Assembly: GCA_965372795.1 (NCBI GenBank)
Contig: CBDVDR010000008.1
Span: 73,622-137,621 of the forward strand
Source: an uncultured bacterium
GTDB lineage: Bacteria > Zixibacteria > MSB-5A5 > GN15 > FEB-12
Direction of reading: 5' to 3'
Length of the DNA: 64,000 nt
A program made the translations under genes and the position numbers. This document shows positions 1-10,607 of the stretch, one piece after another. The notes beneath the pieces are model-generated. The model did no database searches, was not told where the DNA came from, and saw only the letters and a program-made list of their open reading frames with translations. The first letter of the stretch is position 1, and each line of letters begins with the position of its first letter.

Positions 1-1
1 C

Positions 2-892
2 GGCTATGAAAAAGAAGCCGTTGAGTCGGTATTGGAACAAGTCGCTAATGAACTGGAAGAGCTTAAACAGGCAAACCTAAAATTGTCGATGGAGCTTGAT
101 TCTGTACAGAATCAATTTAACGGACTTAAGCAGTTTGAAGACACAATTAAAAGCGCTGCCATTGATGCCCGTCGTAATGCTGATATGACAATGGAAAATG
201 CCAAAAAAGAAGCAGAAGAGTTGCTTGAAGATGCAAAGACTAAAGCGGAAAAAAGTATTACAGAGAATTCTAACAAAGTTCATGAAATAGAGAATCAACT
301 TTCACAACTCGATTTGACCAAACGTTCCTATATCACGAAACTTCGCGGATTAATCCAATCGCACCTTGAGATAGTTGACGAAATTGCAGAAGCCGAACTT
401 CCCAAAGAAGTTAATTTAACTGCAAACGATTCAGACAAAATTGAAGTTACTGATTCAAGTGAAGTTGAAGCAAAAATCAGAGAAAATATTTCAACCGTAC
501 CAAGCAATATTGAAGGCGTTGATGCCGAAGAGTCGACGGTTTCTGATCCATTAATTGAAGCTGAGAAAGCGGCCAATAACGATGAATCAGAAGTTGATCC
601 TGAATTGGAAGCTGCGATTAAAGGTTTTAGAAGTAATGATGATTCAGAAAGCGACCAACAACAATCTTCCGAACCGGTTGCTGAGACTAAAACCGATCCT
701 CAAACCGGATGGGTTGAAACAGACCGCAAAGCCGAAGATGTTCCCCCCGAATTTATTACCGGTTCTGAAGTAAATGAACATAATGAACAGCCGGCTCAAA
801 ATCAGGAAGCTCCACCGGAAGATCTCGGAATTGAACTTGACCGGGTCGCGGCTAAATTTGAAGAGGAAATGGACAAAGCAGACAAATCATAA
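2..892 (+). CDS. divIVA: DivIVA-domain coiled-coil protein with long acidic C-terminal tail (5' truncated by window edge)
   Basis: The frame is open from nt 2 and reads GYEKEAVESVLEQVANELEEL, matching the DivIVA N-terminal GY..EV..FL pattern. Coiled coil (AKKEAEELLEDAK) and a D/E-rich tail follow. Upstream of PNP and ileS, a typical neighbourhood. Confidence 0.8.
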   Translation, partial: GYEKEAVESVLEQVANELEELKQANLKLSMELDSVQNQFNGLKQFEDTIKSAAIDARRNADMTMENAKKEAEELLEDAKTKAEKSITENSNKVHEIENQLSQLDLTKRSYITKLRGLIQSHLEIVDEIAEAELPKEVNLTANDSDKIEVTDSSEVEAKIRENISTVPSNIEGVDAEESTVSDPLIEAEKAANNDESEVDPELEAAIKGFRSNDDSESDQQQSSEPVAETKTDPQTGWVETDRKAEDVPPEFITGSEVNEHNEQPAQNQEAPPEDLGIELDRVAAKFEEEMDKADKS

Positions 893-914
893 TTAAAATT
901 CCTTCCTCAGCAAT

Positions 915-953
915 AAAAGATCGGCCTAATATTCCTACCTGGCCGATCTTTTT
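915..953 (+). terminator. Rho-independent terminator
   Basis: AAAAGATCGGCC (915-926) / GGCCGATCTTTT (941-952) 12-bp stem ending in a T run after the divIVA stop. Confidence 0.75.
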
Positions 954-1118
954 GAATATACACACTTCTCACAATAAGTAAGATTTCTCAAATATTCCGA
1001 TTATAACTCACAGTAATTTTCTGATATAAATATCTCTGATATTCAATTTCTATTTTACAAATCGGTTAGTTCTGTTTATTCTCTCTGTTAGTAAATGAAT
1101 TATAAAAGGGAGTTTAAA

Positions 1119-1955
1119 TTGGACACAGTAAATGAAATGAACAGAATGCTTGATGAAGCGGTCGCATATATCAGAACTCAAACTGATTTTGTCCCCAAAA
1201 TTGGAATTATTTTAGGAACCGGATTAGGTTCCTTGGTTGATGGAATTGAAATGGTTGACACTGTTGATTATGACAAAATTCCTAACTTCCCAGTCTCAAC
1301 GGTCGAATCTCATGCCGGGAAATTACTATTTGGTAATCTCAAGGGAAAACCGGTTGTCTGTATGCAGGGACGTTTTCACTATTACGAAGGATACTCATTC
1401 CAGCAGATAGCTTTCCCGATTCGAGTTATGAAAAAACTCGGCATGGAAACAATTATTGTCTCAAACGCCTGTGGCGGGATGAATCCAAATTTCAAAGCCG
1501 GCGATATTATGCTGATTAAAGATCATATTAATTTCTTCCCGGGTAATCCGCTGATCGGTCCCAATGATGACACGATGGGTGACCGTTTCCCGGATATGTA
1601 CGAAGTTTACAACTTCAAACTTCAGACGCTCGCCAAAGAGGTAGCCATGGAGCAGGGGCTTCGAATGCAGGAAGGTGTCTATGTCGGGTTGACCGGACCT
1701 TGTCTTGAAACCGGAGCTGAGTACCGGATGCTTCGCGGTTTTGGAGCAGATGTGGTTGGGATGTCAACCGTTCCGGAAGTTATTGCTGCCCATCACCAGC
1801 ACAACAAAGTTTTGGGTTTTTCGATTGTCACCGACATGGGGCTGGCGGACAATATGCACCGTTGTTCTTTGGATGATGTTATCCGGATGGCTGGTGAAGC
1901 CGAACCGAAACTTCGCGATTTGATCGCCGGCTGTGTTGAAAAAATGATGATATAA
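1119..1955 (+). CDS. punA: Purine-nucleoside phosphorylase (trimeric PNP family)
   Basis: GIILGTGLG, STVESHAG, QGRFHYYEG, GADVVGMSTVPE motifs. Start probably TTG 1119 after SD AAGGGAG (ORF track starts at 1095). Confidence 0.93.
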   Translation: MDTVNEMNRMLDEAVAYIRTQTDFVPKIGIILGTGLGSLVDGIEMVDTVDYDKIPNFPVSTVESHAGKLLFGNLKGKPVVCMQGRFHYYEGYSFQQIAFPIRVMKKLGMETIIVSNACGGMNPNFKAGDIMLIKDHINFFPGNPLIGPNDDTMGDRFPDMYEVYNFKLQTLAKEVAMEQGLRMQEGVYVGLTGPCLETGAEYRMLRGFGADVVGMSTVPEVIAAHHQHNKVLGFSIVTDMGLADNMHRCSLDDVIRMAGEAEPKLRDLIAGCVEKMMI

Positions 1956-2004
1956 TCACGTTGACAGGTATAGCCTGTCTATTTAATTATTATAAGTTCG
2001 TTTA

Positions 2005-2032
2005 AGGTGTGGAGTAATCCACACCTATTTTT
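2005..2032 (+). terminator. Rho-independent terminator
   Basis: AGGTGTGGA-GTAA-TCCACACCT stem followed by ATTTTT. Confidence 0.7.
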
Positions 2033-2158
2033 CAATAAAATATTATTACTTCAAATCGTAACAGAATAAATCTAACAAGTTAAAAATCCCTCCATTTGTC
2101 CGATAATAAATTTAATAAACAAATTATGTGAAAATTACAAATTGTTGAAGGGGCTGCT

Positions 2159-3469
2159 ATGTTGAAGAAACAATTCTCAAGATTAACTATCCTCATGATC
2201 TATATTGGAACCCTTCTGTTATCGATTCTTTCATTTTTCACCACTTATGCCGGAATGACGATTCTCTTAAATGAAAATCTCGCCCTGATCGGTTCTCTCG
2301 GTCTGCAAATCGCCATGCTGGGGATTGCCTGGAATTTAATGAAAATCAAAGAAAAACGTATTGCCTATATATCCGTTTTTTGCCTGGCTGCCTCTTTTTC
2401 GATTTTCTTTTCTTATGCAAATTTTGACACCAACCTGAAAGAAAATACCCGGATTGACTCGGCCCGTAAAAATTATACCAATGCCGCCCGCAATGTTTTA
2501 GCCGACTATTCAAAAACCGCTCGTGATGCCGCCCTCAAGGGACGCTATCAAATCGACCGGTTGAATACCCTTATGACATTAGAAAAAACAAAAGGGTGGG
2601 CGACGGCTGTTGATGAAGGCTCCGGTGATCCGTTCATTCAGAATTTTCTTGATGGCGCCCGCGCAACGGTTGCATCATGGGAAAGATTAAATAGTAAAAA
2701 ATATTCACAAGGGATCGGCGAAGGAATTATTTACAATTATTTTACTGGTAAAATCACTCAAGTTGAAACCAACATGATTTTGGTTAATAATTATATCACT
2801 AAACTAAATAATACTTCACAAAAACTCAATAGCACTCTTACCGTAGAAGATCAAAGTAAAATTGTTAATGATGTCTGGGCAAAATTCCCCATATCTGAAA
2901 TAGCCCTAATGACCGCTACGGTTCCGGTTTATTCAAATCCGCCAAATCGCGCTGATTTTGTCGAAACACCCAAAACCCGCCAACAAGCTTTTATGATGGT
3001 TATCAATGATTTCGCCGAGATGGACAGGCTGGCAACCTTCTCTTTGTTATTAGCTTTTGCTATAGACTTTATTGTCATACTGATGGCGTTCGTTGGAAGC
3101 TACCGGGTTGATGAAATCGACTTTCTGTTTGACCGGGTGCGTGTGGATACCGTCAACAGATTGAAAAAACTATCTCTTGATAACAGTTCTTCGATTGATG
3201 AAGTAACCGATGAGTCTTTACATAAAATTCAAAAAGCATCTGATTTTGGTATTAACATGATTAAGAGTCAAAGAGATTATGACAATCGCAAGAAGCAAAT
3301 AAAAATCGTTCTGAAACGAAAAGGCGAAGAAGCTATTCGCGAAGATCTCAGACAGGAAAATATGGATGAAATTTCACAAAAACGATTTACCCCTGAACAG
3401 CATACAGCAACGATTAGCCGGATGCGAACCCTTATGGAATCCAAAGAAGAAGAGACGATTAGTTTGTAA
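2159..3469 (+). CDS. Hypothetical membrane protein (3 N-terminal TM helices, large helical extracytoplasmic region, 1 C-terminal TM, charged tail)
   Basis: 436-aa ORF with SD GAAGGGG; hydrophobic segments near aa 10-85 and aa 290-313. Confidence 0.75.
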   Translation: MLKKQFSRLTILMIYIGTLLLSILSFFTTYAGMTILLNENLALIGSLGLQIAMLGIAWNLMKIKEKRIAYISVFCLAASFSIFFSYANFDTNLKENTRIDSARKNYTNAARNVLADYSKTARDAALKGRYQIDRLNTLMTLEKTKGWATAVDEGSGDPFIQNFLDGARATVASWERLNSKKYSQGIGEGIIYNYFTGKITQVETNMILVNNYITKLNNTSQKLNSTLTVEDQSKIVNDVWAKFPISEIALMTATVPVYSNPPNRADFVETPKTRQQAFMMVINDFAEMDRLATFSLLLAFAIDFIVILMAFVGSYRVDEIDFLFDRVRVDTVNRLKKLSLDNSSSIDEVTDESLHKIQKASDFGINMIKSQRDYDNRKKQIKIVLKRKGEEAIREDLRQENMDEISQKRFTPEQHTATISRMRTLMESKEEETISL

Positions 3470-3523
3470 AACAAAACTTTAATAAATTTCTTGGTGTAAT
3501 TTGAGTCTACAGTTCAAATGATT

Positions 3524-3553
3524 AAAGGTGCAGTGAAGTCTGCACCTTTTTTT
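3524..3553. terminator. Bidirectional terminator between convergent genes
   Basis: AAAGGTGCAG-TGAAGT-CTGCACCTTT followed by more Ts. Confidence 0.75.
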
Positions 3554-3574
3554 ATTAAAAAAAGAAGCAATGCT

Positions 3575-4825
3575 TCAAAATCCGGTCATGCAGACCGGTT
3601 TTTCTTCGACATAAAAAAGTTTGTTTAAGACCTCAACAAATGATATATCAGAAATTTTTATCAATGAAAAGTCGTAGAGTGATTTAAAATTAACCGCGCC
3701 CATCACAAGGGATGACAATTCGGACACATCTATGTCAACCTCGACCTCATAACTACCGTCATTATCAGTCGACAAAGTACCATTTTCAAAATGAAGGATT
3801 ATACTGCCGGCATTTGATGGATAAAAAGAATCGGCAACATTGAATTTTAATTTTATTGTTTGATTGTTAAAGTTATGGTCTGCCATCTGCACAAACAGAC
3901 CGTCAGTATCAATAATGCGATACATCATCCCGGCTCCCATAATGCTGCTTTCGTGGTACACCGAGGGAATCATATTCATGGTGCCATTGCGGGGGTCTTT
4001 GAGCATCGTATAAAAATATTCATCACTGGTTCTGAAAATAACCCGGTTAATCTGGTCAAACTGAATATGCAAATAGGTCATCATCTCGCTTAAGGCTTCC
4101 GGGTTTTCATAAATCATCTCTTCAACAACCATATCATTTTCGATGAAAGAATCACCATCAGCTTTGGTGAATGATAAAATCATATACCCTTCGACTTTAT
4201 TATTTTTGACACAGCCGATACATTTGAAAGTTTTGTTTCTTTCGATCCGCAGTTTTCTCGTGTAGGACGATTCTTCTATCATTCCATGAGTTTTTTCAAC
4301 ATAGCGGTTATAACAATCGTTGAGAATCTCAGTATCATCTAAAGTCAAATACCTGATATGCTTTTTGTTGGTGCGTGGGAGATGTTCCGGTTTGACTTTG
4401 TAGACATATATTTTAGTTCCATACCCCCACCCCATAGCTTTGTAGAAATCATGGCGGAAAGCCCAAAGGATAGTCATTGAAGCGCCCAGTTTTTTATAAT
4501 GATCCAGATAAAATTCGACCATTTCTTTGGCAACATGTTCTTTTTTGTGGAGCAGGTCAACCGCAACGGCACCCAGTCCGCCGGCAAGGATTTTCTTATT
4601 GTGGAAATTCATTTGAAAATCAAAAAACCTCATCACACCCAAAATTTCATCTTCCCGGAGAAGTCCATACATTGAATATCTGGGGTCCTTGTCAGCTTTA
4701 ATGAAAATTTCCCTATATTTTTTACGCTCTTCTTCGTTTTTTACCATAAAAGCCGGATAAGCGTCTGAGAACAAATCTATAAACCGGTCAATTTCGTTTT
4801 CATTTAATTTTCTAATCTGGCTCAT
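3575..4825 (-). CDS. Eis-family GNAT acetyltransferase with C-terminal SCP2-like domain
   Basis: GGLGAVAVDLLHKKEHVA (motif A), FYKAMGWG, about 416 aa with the Eis-type C-terminal region. Confidence 0.85.
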   Translation of the reverse strand: MSQIRKLNENEIDRFIDLFSDAYPAFMVKNEEERKKYREIFIKADKDPRYSMYGLLREDEILGVMRFFDFQMNFHNKKILAGGLGAVAVDLLHKKEHVAKEMVEFYLDHYKKLGASMTILWAFRHDFYKAMGWGYGTKIYVYKVKPEHLPRTNKKHIRYLTLDDTEILNDCYNRYVEKTHGMIEESSYTRKLRIERNKTFKCIGCVKNNKVEGYMILSFTKADGDSFIENDMVVEEMIYENPEALSEMMTYLHIQFDQINRVIFRTSDEYFYTMLKDPRNGTMNMIPSVYHESSIMGAGMMYRIIDTDGLFVQMADHNFNNQTIKLKFNVADSFYPSNAGSIILHFENGTLSTDNDGSYEVEVDIDVSELSSLVMGAVNFKSLYDFSLIKISDISFVEVLNKLFYVEEKPVCMTGF

Positions 4826-4972
4826 ACATTTTTCCTATGTTAAACATTATCTTCTTAGCTACGTATAATAGAGTTAAATGTTTAAATTTCAACAAATGAT
4901 TATTTTTTTGATTTTTTGCATTTATTTTCAGATACTAAGGCAAGGAATATTAATTAATTTGAAAGGTATAAA

Positions 4973-6793
4973 ATGACTCCTGAAAACATTACTGCCGTTG
5001 ATGAAACAATGACGCGCGATAAAATTGACGATAAACTCAAATGGGATCTGACAGATCTTTATAAGAGCGATCAGGATTGGGAAAATGATCTTGAAAAAGC
5101 CAAAACAATGATCGAGGAAGCCAAAAAATTTACCGGACAGTTAAGCAGTTCTGCCAAGACTCTTTACGATTGTCTTACTGCCCGTGGGAAATTGAACGAG
5201 ACAACTTTTTCGCTTTATCAGTATGCTCATCTTAACAAAGATCTCGATAACAGGGATTCCAAATATCAGGCGATGGACGACCGGGCGGCAATGTTGAGCG
5301 CTAATGCCGGAGCTGCGTTTTCATTTGTTGAACCTGAACTTCTGAAATTATCTGATGAACAGCTTCTGGAATTATCAGCCCAGTTTGAAAAAAAAGATGA
5401 GTATGATTTTTATATTAAAGAACTGATCCGTTCAAGGGCGCATATCCGTTCAGAGGAAGTCGAGGAAATTCTGGCACAGACAGCTATGATCTCTCGCAGT
5501 CCGATGTCTATATTTTCGATGCTTGATAATGCTGATATTGTTTATCCGTCAATTAAAGATGAAAACGGTAATGAAGTGCAATTAACCAAACAGGTGTTTG
5601 CGAAGTTCATGGAATCATCTGATGCCCGCGTTCGTAAGGATGCCAGCGATGCCTTTTATACTCCATACAAAAATCATATCAACACCCTCGGAGCATCGTT
5701 GTCATCTTCGGTTAACAAAGATATATTTTATTCCCGTTCAAGGAAATTTGAATCTGCTCTTGAAGCCTCGCTTGATAGTGATTTTATCCCGACCGAGGTT
5801 TATCATTCGTTGCTCGATAGCACCGAAGCAAATCTGCAGGGGCTTCATAAGTATGTTGAGTTGAGGAAGAAAATTCTCAAACTTGATGATATCCATCCTT
5901 ATGATATTATCTGTCCTTTGTTTCCTGATCAAAATTATGAGGTTGAATACGACGATGCGATCAAAGAAATAATGATTGCCGTCAAACCTCTGGGTGATGA
6001 ATATTGTCAGTCGCTTCAAAAGGCATTTGACTCGCGCTGGATTGATGTCTATGAAACACCCGGTAAAGAAAGTGGCGCCTACAACTGGGGTAACTACAAT
6101 GTTCATCCTTTTATTTTGATGAACTACAATAAAACCGTTGATAATATGTTTACGCTGGCTCATGAGATGGGTCATGCCATGCACAGCAAATTCTCAAGCG
6201 GTAAACAATATTTTTCAAAAGCTCATTATTCGATATTTGTTGCCGAGGTTGCCTCGACTTTGAACGAAGGACTTCTGCTGGAACATCTTCTTAAAAAAGC
6301 TACCGACAAAAAAGAGCGATTGTATCTGTTGAATCGACATATTGATAACACTGTTGGAACATATTTCAATCAGAATCTTTATGCCCGTTTTGAATTATTG
6401 ATTCATGCCGAGGTTGAAAAGGGCGGAGCTTTGTCGCCGGATATGATGACTGAGGTGTGGAGAGAATTGACACAGAAATATTATGGTCCGGGATTTGTAA
6501 TTGATGATCTTTCAGCACTCAAATGGTGCCGGATTCCTCATTTTTATATGACCTATTATGTATTTCAATATGCAACATCGTACGCCGCCTCGCAGGCAAT
6601 TTTGACAAAATTCTTAAGTGGTGATGATACAATTATAGAAAAATATTTGACCTTGCTTTCAGCGGGTGGTTCGGATTATCCGATTGAACTGCTTAAAAAA
6701 TGCGATGTTGACATGACAACCGACGAACCGATTAAGGCAACCTTGAAATTGTTCTCCGACCAGATTGATGAGATGGAGAAGCTAACGAATTAA
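4973..6793 (+). CDS. pepF: Oligoendopeptidase F (M3B)
   Basis: KWDLTDLY N-terminus, WIDVYETPGKESGAY, TLAHEMGHAMH zinc motif, AEVASTLNE, IPHFY..YYVFQYA. Confidence 0.95.
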   Translation: MTPENITAVDETMTRDKIDDKLKWDLTDLYKSDQDWENDLEKAKTMIEEAKKFTGQLSSSAKTLYDCLTARGKLNETTFSLYQYAHLNKDLDNRDSKYQAMDDRAAMLSANAGAAFSFVEPELLKLSDEQLLELSAQFEKKDEYDFYIKELIRSRAHIRSEEVEEILAQTAMISRSPMSIFSMLDNADIVYPSIKDENGNEVQLTKQVFAKFMESSDARVRKDASDAFYTPYKNHINTLGASLSSSVNKDIFYSRSRKFESALEASLDSDFIPTEVYHSLLDSTEANLQGLHKYVELRKKILKLDDIHPYDIICPLFPDQNYEVEYDDAIKEIMIAVKPLGDEYCQSLQKAFDSRWIDVYETPGKESGAYNWGNYNVHPFILMNYNKTVDNMFTLAHEMGHAMHSKFSSGKQYFSKAHYSIFVAEVASTLNEGLLLEHLLKKATDKKERLYLLNRHIDNTVGTYFNQNLYARFELLIHAEVEKGGALSPDMMTEVWRELTQKYYGPGFVIDDLSALKWCRIPHFYMTYYVFQYATSYAASQAILTKFLSGDDTIIEKYLTLLSAGGSDYPIELLKKCDVDMTTDEPIKATLKLFSDQIDEMEKLTN

Positions 6794-6834
6794 CAGACCC
6801 TTCGGGTGCTTTATGTCTGTTTGAATTGATTATC

Positions 6835-6866
6835 GTAAGGTAGGTTTTCAGACCTACCTTACTTTT
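6835..6866 (+). terminator. Rho-independent terminator
   Basis: Perfect 11-bp stem GTAAGGTAGGT / ACCTACCTTAC followed by TTTT. Confidence 0.7.
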
Positions 6867-6918
6867 ATATGAATAAAAATCGAATCCATAAGTATATATA
6901 TTTAAAAGGGAGAAAAAT

Positions 6919-7215
6919 ATGACACATTATGGTGGAGGAGCCGCAGCAGCCGGTACCGCAGCAGCGGCAGCGGCAGAAATTCAGGCGCTTAAAGCCTCGG
7001 GCGCAATTGTAAAAATTGAACCGGCAGAGTTTAAGAAAATTCTGGATAAAATCGAAGAACCGTTGGTGGTATATGCTGAAGGCGGTCTGTTTACAAAAAA
7101 CTATCAATATTTGATGAATTATAAGGGGTTGTTCTTTTTCACAAAAGCAACCGAACCGATTCATCTTTCAGGACGCACCGAGATAGTTGCCGCCAAATCA
7201 ATCTGGGTACCGTAG
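6919..7215 (+). CDS. Small hypothetical protein with Gly/Ala-rich N-terminus
   Basis: Strong SD (AAGGGAG); 98 aa; GGGAAAAGTAAAAAA followed by a globular-looking domain ending SIWVP. Confidence 0.8.
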   Translation: MTHYGGGAAAAGTAAAAAAEIQALKASGAIVKIEPAEFKKILDKIEEPLVVYAEGGLFTKNYQYLMNYKGLFFFTKATEPIHLSGRTEIVAAKSIWVP

Positions 7216-7414
7216 AGTAACAGACATGGTCTGTTTTAAATAATCATTAAGATGAGTCGGGAGCCCAGGGCTCCTGATACACTTAGTTTGATTAGTGCTA
7301 AATAGTCCCCTCAAATTGCCCGAAATCGATCAAACTGGCGATTTCGGCACTTAAAACTTTACAAAATCATCAAAATTCCCTATTTTAGGCGGCTATTATG
7401 GGAAGAAAAACATT

Positions 7415-10400
7415 ATGAAATTTGATCCGTTAAAAGAGAATTTCAGCCTGCCGGCTGCCGAGGAAAAAATCCTCGAATTCTGGGATACACATAAAGTATT
7501 CGAGAAAACTAATGAAATGGTAAAAGACCGCGAGCACTTCGTATTCTACGAAGGTCCTCCGACTGCCAACGGTAAACCTGGTATTCACCATGTTCTTTCG
7601 CGCACTATCAAAGACCTTGTCTGTCGCTATAAGACAATGCAGGGCTTTCGGGTAGACCGCAAAGGCGGCTGGGATACTCATGGCTTGCCGGTTGAAATCG
7701 AAGTTGAGAAACAACTCAATCTGACCAGTAAAAAAGAGATAATCGAATACGGTATTGGACCATTTAATAAAAAATGCCGTGAATCGGTTTTTAAATATCT
7801 TGAGGACTGGGATAAACTGACTCATCGAATCGGGTACTGGATTGACCTTGAAGATGCCTATGTTACTCTAAAAAATGAATATATCGAAACGGTCTGGTAT
7901 CTGCTGAAACAGCTTTTTGATAAAGACCTGATTTATAAAGGGCATCGAACAACCGCCTACTGCCCCCGTTGCGGAACCGGTCTGTCGAGCCATGAAGTTG
8001 CCCAGGGATACGCCGAAGTTTCCGATCCGTCTATCTATGTCAAAATGAAAGATTCCGAAGAGGATTTTTCCTATCTCGTTTGGACGACAACTCCGTGGAC
8101 GCTTCCTTCGAACGCCGCAATTTGTGTCAGTGCTGAGGCTGATTATGTGATGGTCGAACATGAAGGCGAAAAACTTGTCTTAGCCGAAGCTCTGGTTGAA
8201 AAAGTTATTGGCGAACCAAAAGAACCAATCAAAAAATACAAAGGTACTGATTTACTTAAACGTAAATACGAACCGCTGTTTGATTTTTATAAAGATCAGG
8301 CTGATAAAGCTTTCTATGTTATCTCGGCTGATTTTGTAACCCTTGAAGACGGCACCGGAATCGTTCATATCGCCCCGGGGTTTGGAGCTGACGATTATGT
8401 TGTCGGACAAAAATTCGGTCTTCCTGTTTTACAGGCAATCGAACCGAATGGTCTGTTTAAAGATTTAGCCGGCGACTATGCCGGGATGTTTATCAAAGAT
8501 GCCGACAAAGTGATTATTAAAGATCTCAAAATTGCCGGTAAAATGTTCAAAAAAGAACAATATAAACATAACTACCCATTCTGCTGGCGTTGTGATACGG
8601 CGCTGATCTATATCGCAGTTGATTCATGGTATATCAAAACTACCGAATTTAAAAAACAGCTGATTGACAATAACAACGCTGTGAACTGGATTCCGGATGA
8701 AATCCGTACCGGACGCATGGCGAACTGGCTGGAAAATAATGTTGACTGGTCGCTTTCCCGCGAACGATTCTGGGGAACACCTCTGCCAATCTGGCTTTGT
8801 GATAATGCTTCCTGTGATAAAATGAAAGCTGTCGGTTCGATTGAACAACTTATGGAAGATGGAATAGATGTGCCTGAAGAGGTTGATCTTCACAAGCCGA
8901 TGATGGATGATGTACAGCTGAAATGCGAATGCGGCGGCACGATGACCCGTACTCCTGAAGTCATTGATTGCTGGTTTGATTCCGGTGCAATGCCTTATGC
9001 TCAATGGCATTGGCCTGCTAATAATAAAGATATTTTGAAAATAAAACATCCGGCTGACTTTATCTCTGAAGGTGTCGACCAAACGCGCGGATGGTTCTAT
9101 TCCCTTTTAGCAATATCAACCTTGCTCTTTGGAAAATCGGCATACAAAAACGTATTAGTACATGATATGATTTTGGATAAAAATGGTAAAAAGATGTCCA
9201 AAAGCAGAGGGAACGCCGTTGACCCATTGGCAACTACCGATAAATATGGCGCTGATCCGATTCGCTGGTATTTAATGTCGGCCTCTAATCTGTGGCTGCC
9301 GACTAAATTTGATACCAATGCCTTGTCCGAAGTGAGTCGAAAGTATTTTGATACACTTCGTAATACATATTCATTCTTTGCTCTTTATTCCAATATCGAT
9401 CAGGTTTGTGAAAAAGCTGAGGCTGATAATCTATCAATCGAAGCCTATCTTAAATCGAAAGCCGGTGAATCAGAACGGTTTGATCTGTGGATATGGTCAA
9501 AGTATAACAGTCTTGTCAAAGAAGTGATAACAGCTCTCGATAGCTATGACTTAACCAAACCGACCCGTGCGATTCAGTATTTTGTAATTGAAGAACTTTC
9601 CAATTGGTATGTCCGTAATAACCGCCGCCGTTTTTGGGCGGAAGGTGATGACCCTTCCAAGATGCGCGCTTATTTGACCTTGTACCGGATACTGATAGGG
9701 GTTTGTAAATTGACTGCTCCGGTAACACCATTTATATCCGAACTGATCTGGAAAGAACTTGCCGGTGAAAACCGTGAGAAACATGGCAACCCGTTGTCGA
9801 TTCATTTGACAGAATTCCCAACGGCTGATGATTCGGCAATTGATAGTGAGTTGGAAGAAGCTATGGGATTAGTTGAAAAGATTGTGTCTCTGGGCAGAGC
9901 GGCAAGGTCGCGCAAGAATCTCAAAGTCCGTCAGCCACTCGGAAAAATATTGATCGGGCTTGAAAATCAGGAACAATATGAAAAACTTTCTGATTATTTT
10001 GATATTATCAAAGATGAACTGAATATAAAAGAGATTGAATATGCCGGTGAACTTGATAAGTTTGTTTCGTTCACAGCCAAATTGAATTTCAAAACCGCCG
10101 GTCCGAAACTTGGGAAAAACGTTAAAACAGCAGCCGGTATGCTGGGTGAATTAGATTCTGAAAAGATCAGGGAATTCAATTCAACGGGAAATTTAACCCT
10201 GAATATTGACAACAACGATGTAACCCTGACCGTAGATGAAGTACAAGTGCTTAAGGTCGAAAAGGATGGCTTCGCAATTGAAAACGGGACTAATGTTTCC
10301 ATTGCGATTATAACTGATTTGACCGAAGATTTAGTTGCCGAAGGTTTCGCGCGAGAATTGGTTAATAAAATTCAGAATATGCGAAAATCATCCGGTTTTG

Positions 10401-10594
10401 AAGTTACCGACACCGTCGAGGTGCAACTGGCTTCAACAGAACAGGTTATAAGTGCAGCTAAAAGGTTTAAGACATTTATTTGTAAAGAAACTCTTGCAAA
10501 AAACATTTCCTTTGTTGATAATGAAGTAATTGAAAATGCAACTGAATGGAATGTTAACGGAGAAAAGACAGCTATTTTTGTAGCAAAAAACTAA
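7415..10594 (+). CDS. ileS: Isoleucine--tRNA ligase (type 2, long form)
   Basis: FYEGPPTANGKPGIHH (HIGH equivalent), GWDTHGLPVE, WTTTPWTLPSN, EGVDQTRGWF, KMSKS, C-terminal EGFARELVNKIQNMRK. Confidence 0.97.
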   Translation: MKFDPLKENFSLPAAEEKILEFWDTHKVFEKTNEMVKDREHFVFYEGPPTANGKPGIHHVLSRTIKDLVCRYKTMQGFRVDRKGGWDTHGLPVEIEVEKQLNLTSKKEIIEYGIGPFNKKCRESVFKYLEDWDKLTHRIGYWIDLEDAYVTLKNEYIETVWYLLKQLFDKDLIYKGHRTTAYCPRCGTGLSSHEVAQGYAEVSDPSIYVKMKDSEEDFSYLVWTTTPWTLPSNAAICVSAEADYVMVEHEGEKLVLAEALVEKVIGEPKEPIKKYKGTDLLKRKYEPLFDFYKDQADKAFYVISADFVTLEDGTGIVHIAPGFGADDYVVGQKFGLPVLQAIEPNGLFKDLAGDYAGMFIKDADKVIIKDLKIAGKMFKKEQYKHNYPFCWRCDTALIYIAVDSWYIKTTEFKKQLIDNNNAVNWIPDEIRTGRMANWLENNVDWSLSRERFWGTPLPIWLCDNASCDKMKAVGSIEQLMEDGIDVPEEVDLHKPMMDDVQLKCECGGTMTRTPEVIDCWFDSGAMPYAQWHWPANNKDILKIKHPADFISEGVDQTRGWFYSLLAISTLLFGKSAYKNVLVHDMILDKNGKKMSKSRGNAVDPLATTDKYGADPIRWYLMSASNLWLPTKFDTNALSEVSRKYFDTLRNTYSFFALYSNIDQVCEKAEADNLSIEAYLKSKAGESERFDLWIWSKYNSLVKEVITALDSYDLTKPTRAIQYFVIEELSNWYVRNNRRRFWAEGDDPSKMRAYLTLYRILIGVCKLTAPVTPFISELIWKELAGENREKHGNPLSIHLTEFPTADDSAIDSELEEAMGLVEKIVSLGRAARSRKNLKVRQPLGKILIGLENQEQYEKLSDYFDIIKDELNIKEIEYAGELDKFVSFTAKLNFKTAGPKLGKNVKTAAGMLGELDSEKIREFNSTGNLTLNIDNNDVTLTVDEVQVLKVEKDGFAIENGTNVSIAIITDLTEDLVAEGFARELVNKIQNMRKSSGFEVTDTVEVQLASTEQVISAAKRFKTFICKETLAKNISFVDNEVIENATEWNVNGEKTAIFVAKN

Positions 10595-10607
10595 AATCGG
10601 AGCCGTT

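Noticed and set aside
7216..7414. T-box riboswitch upstream of ileS
   Set aside because: No T-box consensus (AAGGTGGNACC-type) or terminator/antiterminator pair seen; only unrelated hairpins.
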